A DNA stretch of 64,000 nucleotides from Smithella sp. GTDB lineage: Bacteria > Desulfobacterota > Syntrophia > Syntrophales > Smithellaceae. The position numbers and the translations under genes were made by a program. Position 1 is the first letter of the stretch, and every line of letters begins with the position of its first letter. This document shows, piece by piece, positions 1 to 10,537 of this stretch. Where the stretch lies: NCBI GenBank assembly GCA_049517435.1, contig JBEKRZ010000014.1, positions 7,443-71,442 of the forward strand. Direction: 5' to 3'. The notes beneath the pieces were generated by a model. That model was not told where the DNA came from. It saw only the letters and a program-made list of their open reading frames with translations, and ran no database searches.

Positions 1-156
1 TCCATGAGCAGGAAAGCGGCACAACTCACTTTGGGCAACCACGACATCGCCAAAAAGCTTCAGGAGATCAACCTGAGTCCGAAGCCACTTTTCTTCCAGT
101 ATATGCCTGTCATGGAGGCCATCCTTTATGGCCCGCGCAATTTGATGGATGATTGA
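1..156 (+). CDS. 3' end of a gene entering from the left edge; resembles an acetoacetate decarboxylase-family protein C-terminus
   Basis: Frame 1 is open from base 1 to TGA at 154-156: SMSRKAAQLTLGNHDIAKKLQEINLSPKPLFFQYMPVMEAILYGPRNLMDD. The LxLGxHxIAxxL...SPKP pattern recalls ADC-family C-termini. Confidence 0.45.
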   Translation, partial: SMSRKAAQLTLGNHDIAKKLQEINLSPKPLFFQYMPVMEAILYGPRNLMDD

Positions 157-366
157 GAGGGACGGTTGGCGAATAGCTTACTGAAGCGGTTATTGACCCT
201 GCCGGTCCATTGTTGGGAACAGACCGCGTGGCTTGAGGTGGTAATTGGGGTGGAGGTGCAGGTCAATGTCGCTTAGCTGCACGCGATCATGGTGATCTCC
301 AGAGCAAAATTACTCCTTTATTCGGACGCCTGTATGGCAGCAGTTGCAATGACCTGACTAAACAGA

Positions 367-1290
367 TTAATTTTTGATGTCCTTAATGAAATCTATATAT
401 TGTGTTACTGTTTCTTTAGGTTTTTCCATCATGGGAACATGACCGCAATCCTTGATGATCACAGTCTTATGATTTATTAATCCCCTTTCGAAAACCGGTA
501 CGTCGGAAATATCAATGACTTTATCCTTATCGCCCCAAAGAATTAAAGCTGGCGCTTTTATTTTCGGCAGGTCTTTTTCGAGAGAGAAAAAATTAGGAAC
601 GACTTCGTTGCCCTCTTTTTCATAAAACTGGCGATTGGCTAAACAAGTTTTGAACATTACTTTCTTGAGTGGATAAGGTAAAAAAGGCTGTTTAACAAAC
701 AATAATGTCATCATGCGTTGCCAATCGTTGCTGTTTTTTATTAAAAATGGATTTTCGCCTTTTTCTGCCATTTTATATACCATACTTTTTTCCAAAGATG
801 TGACCCCCGCGGCATCAAAAAGTCCCACGCTAATAATTTCATTAGGATAGCGCACAGCGTAAGTTCCTGCAAATAAACCGCCCATGGAATTACCCACGAT
901 ATGAATTTTTTTCAGATCAAGTGTCTGGACGAATTTATGCAAACGCGAAATCTGATTTGATAGATCGTACGAGTCTTTCTCGATCTTGGAGCTTTCTCCG
1001 TAGCCGGGGATATCGGGGATCACCACATGGTAATCTTTAGTTAAATAACCGGCAAAATTTAACCAGGCCTCTTTGCTCCCTGTATAGCCGTGCAAAAGTA
1101 ATATTGTCGGTCCTTTGCCTCCCTCTAGATAAACAATGTTATGATCATCGATCTTGATTTCTTTTTTGGTCAAACCAGCTTGGCTTATGGCTGCGTTAAT
1201 CATATAACCGGCCACTTTTTCCGGGAAAACATAATAACAGGCAACTAACGCGACGATAATAACTAATACAGCAATTAAGAATTTTTTCAT
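367..1290 (-). CDS. Alpha/beta hydrolase (lipase/esterase) with N-terminal membrane anchor
   Basis: HG oxyanion motif (LLHGY), nucleophile GNSMGG, catalytic D (WGDKD) and H (GHVP), hydrophobic N-terminus. Confidence 0.9.
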   Translation of the reverse strand: MKKFLIAVLVIIVALVACYYVFPEKVAGYMINAAISQAGLTKKEIKIDDHNIVYLEGGKGPTILLLHGYTGSKEAWLNFAGYLTKDYHVVIPDIPGYGESSKIEKDSYDLSNQISRLHKFVQTLDLKKIHIVGNSMGGLFAGTYAVRYPNEIISVGLFDAAGVTSLEKSMVYKMAEKGENPFLIKNSNDWQRMMTLLFVKQPFLPYPLKKVMFKTCLANRQFYEKEGNEVVPNFFSLEKDLPKIKAPALILWGDKDKVIDISDVPVFERGLINHKTVIIKDCGHVPMMEKPKETVTQYIDFIKDIKN

Positions 1291-1684
1291 TTTTCCCTCC
1301 TTATACTTTTGATATCATATCAAGTTAGTCAAAAAAGCCATCCCTTCTTACGAAATGCATGTCTTTTAATGTAACAAACTGCCTAGGAATCACACTTGAA
1401 GCTTTTTAAGTCTTTGGTTAAAAAAAGAAGCCCGGTCAAGTTAAATTAGTCAAGCCAAATGAAGATGAGATAAAAAAATGTTTATTTAAATAATTTGAAG
1501 AAGAATTTTAGTGTGACAATATGTAGAAAAGCCTGACTGAGATGTCAAGAAAATATTAAACTGTAAAATGTAATGTGTTTTAATATTTTTCGTCGGGAGT
1601 GAATGTTGTTTATTACGGATTGAAGGATAGCATTTTTTTCTATGTTAAAGATTTGGGGATAGAAAGAAGAAGTGCCTGTTGAGC

Positions 1685-3985
1685 TTACTTAATACCATGT
1701 TTATTTTTCATCTCATCCAGTTTTGACTGTGCCTTTGCATCGCCTTGTTTAGCCGCCTTGAGATACCACTTTGCAGACTCAGCATCGTCCTGTGGAACAA
1801 ATATTCCGTCTTGGTATAAATCGCCAAGCCAGTTCTGGGCATCTACGTGTCCCTGCTCAGCCGCCTTACGATACCACTTTACAGCCTCAGCAAAGTCCTG
1901 TGGAACGCCTTCGGCGTAGAAGTACTTCAAACCCAAATTGAACTGGGCATCTGCATTTCCCTGCTCAGCCGCTTTGCGATACCACTTTACAGCCTCAGCA
2001 TAATTTTGTGAAACGCCTTTGCCTTCCTGGTAAATCCAACCAATATTGAACTGGGCCTTTGCGTCTTCTTGCTGGGCCGCCTTAAGAAACCATTTCAGTG
2101 CTTCGGCATCGTCCCGTGGAACGCCATTGCCTTCTTTGTACATCACACCCAATATGGTCTGGGCCTTTGCGTCTTCTTGCTCAGCTGCCTCAAGAAACCA
2201 TTTCAGTGCTTCGGCATTGTCCTGTGGAACGCCTTCACCCTTTCGGTACATTACTCCCAGATTATACTGGGCATTTGAAATTCCCTGCTCAGCCGCTTTG
2301 CGATACCACTTTGCAGCATCAGCATCATCCTGCGGAACGCCAAAACCTTCTCTGTACATCATACCCAATATGGTCTGGGCACCTGCTTGTCCCTGCTCAG
2401 CCGCCTTGCGATACCACTTTTCAGCCTCGGCATCGTCCTGCGGAACGCCTAAACCGTCCTGGTACATCAAACCCAGATTATACTGGGCATGTGCATTTCC
2501 CTGTTGGGCCGCTTTATAATACCACTTTGCAGCTTCGGCAGAGTCCTGTGGAATGCCTAAACCATTTATGTACATTCCGCCGATCTCAAATTGCGCATCT
2601 GCATATCCCTGCTGGGCCGCTTGGAGATACCACTTTACAGCCTCAGCATCGTCCTGCGGAACGCCTTTGCCTTCTTTGTACATCATACCAAGTATGGTCT
2701 GGGCATCTGCTTGTCCCTGCTGGGCCGCCTTGCGATACCACTTTACAGCCTCGGCATCGTCCTGCGGAACGCCTAAACCGTCTTGGTACATCACACCAAG
2801 ATTGAACTGGGCAGTTGCAATTCCCTGCTCAGCAGATTTTAAAAACCATCTTGCAGCCTCGGCATCGTTTTGTGGAACACCTTCACCTTCCTGGTACATA
2901 ATGCCCAGATTGAGCTGGGCATTTGCGTCTTCCTGCTGGGCTGCCTTAAGAAACCATTTCACGGCTTCGGCATCGTTTTGTGGAACACCTTTGCCTTCTT
3001 TGTACATCATACCCAGTATGGTCTGGGCCTTTGCATCTCCCTGTTGGGCAGCCTGGAGATACGATTTCGCGGCCTCCGCATCATCCTGCGGAACGCTTAA
3101 ACCGTTTACGGACATCCCGCCAATCTCAAATTGAGCGTTTGCATCTACCTGCTCATCCGACTTGAGAGACCGCTTTGCAACTTCAGCATCGTCCTGCACA
3201 ACGTCTTTAAGTTCTTGGTTGATTATATCCAGTGTGTTCTGGGCATCTGCGTGTCCCTGCTGGGCCGCCTTACGATACCATTTCGCGGCCTCCGCGTAGT
3301 CCTTTGGAACACCTCTGCCTTCTACGTACATCATACCCAGTATGTTCTGTGCTTCTGCATCTCCACGCTCAGCCACCTTGATATACCACTTTACGGCTTC
3401 AGTATCATTCTGCGGAACAAATATGCCTTCCCGGTATATATTGGCAAGCCAATTCTGGGCTTCTGTGTGTCCCTGCTCAGCCGCCTTGCGATACCACTTT
3501 ACAGCCTCAGCATCGTCCTGCTCAACGCCTTCACCTTCCTGGTACAGAATACCCAAATTGAACTGGGCATCTGCTTGTCCCTGCTCGGCCGCCTTATGAT
3601 ACCACTTTACAGCTTCGGCTTCGCTCTGCGGCACGCCTATGCTTTCTTTGTACATCATACCCAGTACGAACTGGGCGTCTGCTTGTCCCTGCTCAGCCGC
3701 CTTACGATACCATTTCGCGGCTTTTACATCGTCCTGGGGAACGCCCTTGCCTTCTTGGTACATCACACCAAGATTGAACAGGGCATCTATATCTCCCTGC
3801 TTAGCCGCCTTACGATACCATTTCACGGCTTCGGCATCGTTCCTTGGAACGCCTTTACCAGTTATGTCCGTTAAACCAGTATTGTTCTGGGCAACTGCGT
3901 TTCCTTGTTCAGCCGCTTTGCGAATATCTGTTAAACGTAATATATTTTTTTTCATGTGAATTATACTCATGAGAATGTTCTTCAT
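1685..3985 (-). CDS. Sel1-like repeat (SLR/TPR) protein, about 20 repeats
   Basis: 36-aa period AQxxLGxMYxxGxGVPQDDAEAVKWYRKAAEQG, 108-nt periodicity in the DNA. Confidence 0.95.
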   Translation of the reverse strand: MKNILMSIIHMKKNILRLTDIRKAAEQGNAVAQNNTGLTDITGKGVPRNDAEAVKWYRKAAKQGDIDALFNLGVMYQEGKGVPQDDVKAAKWYRKAAEQGQADAQFVLGMMYKESIGVPQSEAEAVKWYHKAAEQGQADAQFNLGILYQEGEGVEQDDAEAVKWYRKAAEQGHTEAQNWLANIYREGIFVPQNDTEAVKWYIKVAERGDAEAQNILGMMYVEGRGVPKDYAEAAKWYRKAAQQGHADAQNTLDIINQELKDVVQDDAEVAKRSLKSDEQVDANAQFEIGGMSVNGLSVPQDDAEAAKSYLQAAQQGDAKAQTILGMMYKEGKGVPQNDAEAVKWFLKAAQQEDANAQLNLGIMYQEGEGVPQNDAEAARWFLKSAEQGIATAQFNLGVMYQDGLGVPQDDAEAVKWYRKAAQQGQADAQTILGMMYKEGKGVPQDDAEAVKWYLQAAQQGYADAQFEIGGMYINGLGIPQDSAEAAKWYYKAAQQGNAHAQYNLGLMYQDGLGVPQDDAEAEKWYRKAAEQGQAGAQTILGMMYREGFGVPQDDADAAKWYRKAAEQGISNAQYNLGVMYRKGEGVPQDNAEALKWFLEAAEQEDAKAQTILGVMYKEGNGVPRDDAEALKWFLKAAQQEDAKAQFNIGWIYQEGKGVSQNYAEAVKWYRKAAEQGNADAQFNLGLKYFYAEGVPQDFAEAVKWYRKAAEQGHVDAQNWLGDLYQDGIFVPQDDAESAKWYLKAAKQGDAKAQSKLDEMKNKHGIK

Positions 3986-4381
3986 TCAAAAAAGGTTCTT
4001 GATTTTCAGACCATTCTCTAAAAAATTTACACTTAATTCAATCGTCTTATGTATCTAACAATTAATATCCAAACTTCTCTTTTCCTATGATTAACTATCA
4101 TAATAACACTATTAATTATTTTTAAAAGAGAAAAATATGCAACTTTATTGATAACGGATTGAAGTCTTGTATCCTCTTTGAGATTGACGATTTATTGAGG
4201 AAGAAGCAAATACTGCTTTCACCTGCAACTATTCAGTCATTGGCACTCATCAGAATTTAGATTTGCCGTATCAAAGTAAAATGCAAGGTTCCTTTACTCC
4301 AAATTCCTCAACAGGGATAAATTTTCTATTGCGGGATCTGGGTTTTTTGTGAAGCTTGCCATTGATTCAGGCAACTCGTGC

Positions 4382-5188
4382 TTAATTGTGTTTAAGCGCG
4401 AGAAAAGCCAGCATATCTTTTATAAAGGTATTGCGCTCCTGGCTCATGAAACCGTGACCGGAGCCCTTATATTTGATGAGTTTCGCCCCCGGTATGCGCC
4501 CGGCAAGTATTCGTGAATTCTTCGGCGGGATGAGTACATCATCGGTGCCGGTTGCAACCAGTGTAGGATTCTTAATTTCAGGCAGGCGGTCGTAGGTATC
4601 GGATTTAGCGTAAGCCATTAATTGGCGCAAGGAGTTTGCGTTGCTGATGGGGGCCCGCAGGTAGCGTTCTTTGAAATGTTTCACATAATCTGGGCTTGCG
4701 TCAAGAAAATCTTTTGTGAACATCAATTTAAGCACTCTTTCAAACACGCCGTCGAGTCCTCCGCTTTGGTCCATCAATATCCGCATGATCTCGTCGGTTG
4801 CCTGAATCATATGCTTGCCTCCGCAGAAGGTATATCCAAGCACAAGATTATTCACTCTCTCAGGGTATTTAAGCGCCAGTTGCTGGGCGATCAAGCCGCC
4901 CATCGACATGCTCAGGATGTTTGCGCGTTTGATTCCTTTTGCGTCCATTAATGCGGCCGTGTCGTCGGCGAACATTTCGCAAGTGAACTCGCCCTCAGCG
5001 GGGGTAACCGTGCGTCCGGCCCCGCGATTGTCGAACATCAGCACATGGTATTTCTGGGAGAGCGCGTCCACTAATTCAGGGTCCCACCAGTCCATGTTGG
5101 CGGTAAGCCCCATGATAAGCACTATAGGATATCCATCACCTGCGGATTCGCAACAGATTTTAAGATCTCGAACAGTTACCAGTTCCAT
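4382..5188 (-). CDS. Alpha/beta fold hydrolase (PcaD/MhpC-like)
   Basis: FDNRGAG motif, SMSMGG nucleophile elbow, D-x-L-I-P and GHGF catalytic residues. Confidence 0.88.
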   Translation of the reverse strand: MELVTVRDLKICCESAGDGYPIVLIMGLTANMDWWDPELVDALSQKYHVLMFDNRGAGRTVTPAEGEFTCEMFADDTAALMDAKGIKRANILSMSMGGLIAQQLALKYPERVNNLVLGYTFCGGKHMIQATDEIMRILMDQSGGLDGVFERVLKLMFTKDFLDASPDYVKHFKERYLRAPISNANSLRQLMAYAKSDTYDRLPEIKNPTLVATGTDDVLIPPKNSRILAGRIPGAKLIKYKGSGHGFMSQERNTFIKDMLAFLALKHN

Positions 5189-5308
5189 TGTTATCTCCGT
5201 AATTTCAAAAAATACCAGCTTTGAAAATTCGAGCTACCCCGATCATCAAAGCTGGTATGGTCTTTTATGATAGAATACTTTTATGTGACCAGTTGAAGTT
5301 TTGTCGTT

Positions 5309-5875
5309 CTATCTTCTATCATGTCCTTCTCCCTGACGATTGCCATGTCCCTGTTCACCTTGCTGGGGACCTTGTTGAGACTGGCGAGACCTGATATTTC
5401 CCTGCTTGTTTCGGGGAGGCAATCCCTGCACGCCCCATGTTCTCTGTTCCCAGTGCCTGTTTGTTTGCCAACCGCGCCAATTGCGTTGAAGATCCTGGTG
5501 AGGTACGCGCTGATGTTCCCACGGGTGACCTTTCCATTGATGATCTCTGTAATTATCTCTCCAACCGGGAGGAATATTTCTGTGAAAAGCCGGTACGCCT
5601 CTGTAATAACCCCACCCTCTGTCATAATAATGAGATCGGTACCAGCGCCCTTCCCAGGGACGCCACCACCAGCCGCCGAAAAAGAATATATCCTCCTGCA
5701 CATCGGGCACCGCATAAACATTCGTTTCCGGTATTACCACCGGTACAGGCGGTGCCGCGAAAATAATCGGCGGGGGCAGAGGAATATCAATATTTATGCT
5801 TACCCCGGCCAGCGCGGAAACCGGTGCGAAAACTAACAATGTCAAAAACAATATTTTCAAAATCAACTTTTTCAT
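5309..5875 (-). CDS. Secreted hypothetical protein with Trp/Arg/Gly-rich low-complexity C-terminus (YXWGXW-like)
   Basis: GGAGG RBS before ATG 5875; signal peptide MKKLILKILFL...ALA; Pro-rich segment followed by GGWWWRPWEGRWY. Confidence 0.7.
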   Translation of the reverse strand: MKKLILKILFLTLLVFAPVSALAGVSINIDIPLPPPIIFAAPPVPVVIPETNVYAVPDVQEDIFFFGGWWWRPWEGRWYRSHYYDRGWGYYRGVPAFHRNIPPGWRDNYRDHQWKGHPWEHQRVPHQDLQRNWRGWQTNRHWEQRTWGVQGLPPRNKQGNIRSRQSQQGPQQGEQGHGNRQGEGHDRR

Positions 5876-6070
5876 CGAATTGCCTCCTTTGTTTATTGTT
5901 AATCTGACCACATAACATAATGATCAAAAAAGACGGTTTGATATTTACAAAACATTGCCTGCAAACGGCTAAACTATAAGAAACTCGTTTTTGTATGTCA
6001 AGATAATCTTAACCGCACTGTATGTAACGACGCCATATTACATTTTCAAATCCGGAGAGTTATCAAGGAA

Positions 6071-7009
6071 TTACTTATCCTTGTCCAGCCATTCGCGAAA
6101 CTTTAAATAATCCTCGGCAGACCGGCGCGGCTGTTCTAGCATCGGCAAGTGCCCCAATCCCTTCATTATAATAACCTCGGAGCGCAGCATCAACTTGTGT
6201 AGAATCTCGGCTGTTGCCGGATTGATGGCGCGGTCTTTATCACCAAATACAATAAGGGTTGGCGTCTTGAGACCAGTAACGTACTTCTCGGCTGAATCAA
6301 TATGAGTCTCTTTAAAAATACGTTTCTCCAGTTCATAATTGCGGATGCGTTCCTTCGCCATGACGTTCAGGATAGGCCGTGGAATAAAGGGCGGGTCAGC
6401 CATAACGAATGCAAATATTTTGGCGAACTCATCTTCGTTTTTGGCCATAAGAGGGTTTTCTCCGGTTTTGGCGATAATTTCGCGCACCTCACTGGAGGGC
6501 GCACTCCAGATTCCGCCCGGATCGAGCAGCCATAAACTTTTGACTTCATCTGGGAAAAGAAAAGCATACATCATGGAAATATGACCGCCCATGGAGCTTC
6601 CGCCTAGGTGAACTTTTGTAATTCCCAGCGCCTGCGCAAGAGTTCTGATTCTGACTGCCTGGGTAAGCGCTCTATAGTCTGCATCCTGAGGATGGCTGGA
6701 TTCACCAAAGCCGATATGATCTGGTATTATTACCCTGTAATGCGGGGTCAGAAATCGGGCGACTCTTATAAAATTATCCTTGTTGGCGCCGAAGCCATGC
6801 AGCAATATAAGAGGCTCACCTTTTCCTCCTTCCAGATAAACATAATGAAGGTTGCCCGGAATATTGATTTCCTTAAGCGTAAGCCCGGAGCGTTTGCGTT
6901 CCAAGTCTATAACCAACTTGGCGGCCTTTTCAGGCGCTAGGTAAACAAATCCGACGCCCGCCATAATACATATAATAATGAAAACAAAAACACCCTTAAC
7001 TATACGCAT
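6071..7009 (-). CDS. Alpha/beta hydrolase (lipase/esterase) with N-terminal membrane anchor
   Basis: LLHGF, GSSMGG, FGDKD, GHLP motifs; paralogous to 367..1290. Confidence 0.9.
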   Translation of the reverse strand: MRIVKGVFVFIIICIMAGVGFVYLAPEKAAKLVIDLERKRSGLTLKEINIPGNLHYVYLEGGKGEPLILLHGFGANKDNFIRVARFLTPHYRVIIPDHIGFGESSHPQDADYRALTQAVRIRTLAQALGITKVHLGGSSMGGHISMMYAFLFPDEVKSLWLLDPGGIWSAPSSEVREIIAKTGENPLMAKNEDEFAKIFAFVMADPPFIPRPILNVMAKERIRNYELEKRIFKETHIDSAEKYVTGLKTPTLIVFGDKDRAINPATAEILHKLMLRSEVIIMKGLGHLPMLEQPRRSAEDYLKFREWLDKDK

Positions 7010-7104
7010 CTTATCCTCCTTTTTTATGAAGATGTTTGTATCTTTAATCCATTTCAGTTTTAAAGTATATTAATTATTAATAAATAGTTAAAAACAAATT
7101 TTTA

Positions 7105-8436
7105 TCAAATTTCACCGTAAGTTCGTTTATCATCGGCTGAGTGCTTCTGGCTGCCAGCGTAAAGCTCGTATTCAAGAAGGCGGCATTCGATTTCACCGTT
7201 GTAAAAAATAATTCGCCGTTTGGTTCTCAAACCCACTTTCTTGATCATCTCTAAATTGCCGGTAAAAATAAAACCGCTGTAACCGCCGCCGATCTTCTTG
7301 AAGAAATCGCCGATGCCTTGATAAGTCGTTTCCAGTATCTGAAAATCACTTGCCTGGATGTGATCGCCTTTATCCTGCTGCCTGTCAGATGCCTTGCGAA
7401 GAATGATTTTACGGCCATTTACAGCCGATTCTCTGCTGACGCGAAGATCTGTTGAATGTGGTTTTGTATTGATGGCGCCCATTCGCTCGCCGTAAGGGGG
7501 ATTTAAAATGATTATCCCGCCGTCTTCCGGTATGGGAGTTTCTTCATAAGGACAGGTGTGAAATTCAATCAAGTGATCAACTCCGGCTGTCTGCGCGTTT
7601 TGTTTGGCGGCGATAACCGCCATTTTATCAATATCCGTGGCGATGATTTTTGCCGGCAAGATTTTTCGGGCATTGGCTTTGGCCATTTTGCGCAGTTCCT
7701 GCCAGAATTCTTCAGGGAATTCCTTGATGAACATAAAGCCGTAATTATTCCGCATTAGTCCGGGGGCTCGATTTAAGGCGATGTATGCGGCCTCAATGGC
7801 CAAAGTTCCGCTGCCGCACATTGGGTTGATAAAATTTCCCTCGCCCTTCCAGCCTGTAGCCATAATCGCTGCCGCCGCCAATGTTTCCTGCATGGGCGCT
7901 TGCAGGGGAATCTTGCGGTATCCGCGCAGGGAGAGACGCTCGCCAGAAGTATCCAGATAAACATCGGCCTGATTGTTCTTCCAATAAACATGGACAACGG
8001 CTTTGTCCTTATTCGGGCCGGAATCAGGACGCCTGCCGCACTTATCGCGCATTCGATCCACGATGGCATCCTTGACCTTGACATTGACGAAGCGGGAATC
8101 GGTAATCAGCGGGTTATCGGCAATCGAGGTCACACAAACATAGGCCGCCTTGCCGGAATCATGAAGGAAATTTTCCCATTCAATAGATTTGATTTTTTTG
8201 TAGAGGCTCTCCGGTGTATTGACTATTAACTTCTCCAGTTGGTAGAGGACTCGCTGGGCAGCGCGCAGATGAAGATTGAGAATTAAGGTGTCCTGGAGAG
8301 TTCCTTCGGTTTGTATTGCCGTATCCAGTTCCGCCAGAACCGGAAAATCCAACGCCTCGATCTCTTTCTTTAGATAAGGCGAAACGCCCTTCGGACAGGT
8401 TATAAGTATTTTACTTTTCTGATTCCAAATGGTCAT
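7105..8436 (-). CDS. THUMP-domain class I SAM-dependent RNA methyltransferase (RlmL-like)
   Basis: N-terminal THUMP region, RGYR, APMQETLAAA, NPMCGSGT SAM motif, NPPYGER motif. Confidence 0.9.
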   Translation of the reverse strand: MTIWNQKSKILITCPKGVSPYLKKEIEALDFPVLAELDTAIQTEGTLQDTLILNLHLRAAQRVLYQLEKLIVNTPESLYKKIKSIEWENFLHDSGKAAYVCVTSIADNPLITDSRFVNVKVKDAIVDRMRDKCGRRPDSGPNKDKAVVHVYWKNNQADVYLDTSGERLSLRGYRKIPLQAPMQETLAAAAIMATGWKGEGNFINPMCGSGTLAIEAAYIALNRAPGLMRNNYGFMFIKEFPEEFWQELRKMAKANARKILPAKIIATDIDKMAVIAAKQNAQTAGVDHLIEFHTCPYEETPIPEDGGIIILNPPYGERMGAINTKPHSTDLRVSRESAVNGRKIILRKASDRQQDKGDHIQASDFQILETTYQGIGDFFKKIGGGYSGFIFTGNLEMIKKVGLRTKRRIIFYNGEIECRLLEYELYAGSQKHSADDKRTYGEI

Positions 8437-8591
8437 GGCACCCTTCTAACATATTATAATGCTTTTGATAAGTATGAAATCCACATCGTATTTCAAGACG
8501 TCAAGCTATGATTGATAAGCCTTGACCCCAAAAGGTTGTTGGTGTAAAAGCCACAAATTATATTATTGTACCGGGAAGGGAGGATACAGAG

Positions 8592-9683
8592 ATGTCAAAA
8601 TATCAATACAACCAGGAAGCGGTCGCAAATCTCAGATTGAGTGATACGTCCGTTTTGGATCATTTGGTTGATTTCGAGTCGGCCCGAGCGGCTCATTTGA
8701 AAAAGGAACATGCCAAGAAAGACAAACGTATGTCGCTTGCCGAGGCAGTTTCGACTTTTGTGCAGGATGGCGACATAATGACCGATGCCGGCTTTTCTTA
8801 TGTCAGAACACCCCACCAAGCCTTCAACGAGGTCATCAGGCAAGGCAAAAAGAATCTTCAGATGATAGGGGCGCCCAATACCAATCAAAGCTTCTTTATT
8901 GTTTACGGTTGCGTGGACTATTCACACAATTCATACACCGGTGCGGAGATGCGCGGGATTGATAAAAGCTATGACCGAATGCTCAAGGCCGAGCGGGTCA
9001 AGATTCTTTCCGAATGGAGCCATGGAGGAGTAGCACTGGGTTTCAAGGCTGCTCAATTGGGCACGCCGGGGGTCTTCAGCAAGCAGATGCTGGCCAGCGA
9101 TATCGTACGCTATAATCCTTATCTCAAGGTGATGCAACACCCTTTGAAGAATGATCCTGATCCCGTGGTGTTCGTTCCGGCGTTGTATCCCGATGTAGCC
9201 ATCATCCATTGCCATGCGGCGGACAAGTACGGCAACGCCTATATCTATGGCCCGGCCGTTAATGATCTTGCCGTGGCGGCAGCGACGCGCAAACTCATCA
9301 TCACGGCCGAAGAAATTGTTCCCGAAAACGACATCCGCTACAACAAGAAAGGGTCCATCATCCCGTTCTTCTACGCCGACGCCGTGGTTGAGATGCCCTT
9401 TGGAGCTGTGCCCGGAAATATGCCCGGGTGTTACTACTGGTCGCGGCAGTGGTGGGAAAAGGTCATGCGTTTCGGTGGTGCTTCCGACGAAAACATGATG
9501 TCATTGCTCAATGAATGGATTATGGGCACCAAGGATCAGTTCGAGTTCGTCGAAAAACTGGGCGGCGCCAAATGGATCTCCGAGGCCCGTCGTCAGACCA
9601 AGGCCGCCGAAGGCGACAATGAAGACATAGATTTTACCTATGAAGAATATACCCTGAATCATGATTCAGGACTCTACTACTAA
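8592..9683 (+). CDS. CoA-transferase subunit A (family I, glutaconate CoA-transferase-like)
   Basis: SLAEAVSTFVQDGD, DVAIIHCHAADKYGNA, IITAEEIV motifs; paired with the downstream beta subunit. Confidence 0.85.
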   Translation: MSKYQYNQEAVANLRLSDTSVLDHLVDFESARAAHLKKEHAKKDKRMSLAEAVSTFVQDGDIMTDAGFSYVRTPHQAFNEVIRQGKKNLQMIGAPNTNQSFFIVYGCVDYSHNSYTGAEMRGIDKSYDRMLKAERVKILSEWSHGGVALGFKAAQLGTPGVFSKQMLASDIVRYNPYLKVMQHPLKNDPDPVVFVPALYPDVAIIHCHAADKYGNAYIYGPAVNDLAVAAATRKLIITAEEIVPENDIRYNKKGSIIPFFYADAVVEMPFGAVPGNMPGCYYWSRQWWEKVMRFGGASDENMMSLLNEWIMGTKDQFEFVEKLGGAKWISEARRQTKAAEGDNEDIDFTYEEYTLNHDSGLYY

Positions 9684-9697
9684 GACAGGAGGATATC

Positions 9698-10489
9698 ATG
9701 CAGGACTTAAATGCTCCGGCCAATCCATTAGAAACATTGGCCTATATAATAGCACAGCAGATTCACGATCATTCGATTGTGTATATCGGTACCGGAATTC
9801 CCATGGTGGCCGGGATTCTGGCTAAGAAAACTCATGCCCCCAACATTACCATTGTCTACGAATCAGGTGGCCAGGATCCGATCGAGGGTGACATGCCCTG
9901 GTCGGTCGGCTGTCCTTTTACCTGGCGCAAGTCCCCTACAATTATGGAGATGTCCTATTCTTTTGCGCAATGCTACAACGGATACGTGGATATGGGCTTT
10001 CTGGGTTTCGCCCAGGTGGATATGTACGGCAACGTGAATACCCACCTGATTGGCAAAGATTTTCATAAGCCCAAGGTCCGCATGACCGGCAGCGGCGGGA
10101 ATAACGATCTGTCTTCTCTGACCGAGAACATGGTATTGGTTGGACTTCAGACCCCGGATAAATTTCCTGAGAAGGTTGATTTCATTACCTCTGTGGGACA
10201 TCTGACCGGAGGCAACTCACGTCAGGAAGCCGGTCTCATCGGTAATGGTCCGAGCGCTGTGATCAGCCCGTGGGGCGTCTATGACTTCGAACCGGTCAGC
10301 AAGCGTATGCGGGTTAAATCCCTAACTCCCGGCGTTACCTTTGAGATAGCTCAATCGCTTACCGGTTTTGAGCTTCTTAAGCCGGAAGGAGAGATACCTC
10401 AAACGAAACTGATTACGGATGATGCATTGAAAATCATACGCACTCAGGTAGATCCGCGTGGTGTTTTTACGACCATGCCAACCGCATAA
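9698..10489 (+). CDS. CoA-transferase subunit B
   Basis: YIGTGIP, YESG (catalytic Glu), GFLGFAQVDMYGNVN, GSGGNND motifs; GGAGG RBS. Confidence 0.88.
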   Translation: MQDLNAPANPLETLAYIIAQQIHDHSIVYIGTGIPMVAGILAKKTHAPNITIVYESGGQDPIEGDMPWSVGCPFTWRKSPTIMEMSYSFAQCYNGYVDMGFLGFAQVDMYGNVNTHLIGKDFHKPKVRMTGSGGNNDLSSLTENMVLVGLQTPDKFPEKVDFITSVGHLTGGNSRQEAGLIGNGPSAVISPWGVYDFEPVSKRMRVKSLTPGVTFEIAQSLTGFELLKPEGEIPQTKLITDDALKIIRTQVDPRGVFTTMPTA

Positions 10490-10537
10490 ATACTGGGTAT
10501 GTCCGCATGATTTTAATATTAACCGAGGGGGAAGATT

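Noticed and set aside
2046-3959. Many long plus-strand ORFs over the Sel1 gene
   Set aside because: Antisense shadows of the repetitive minus-strand CDS; they repeat with the same 108-nt period and have no independent motifs.
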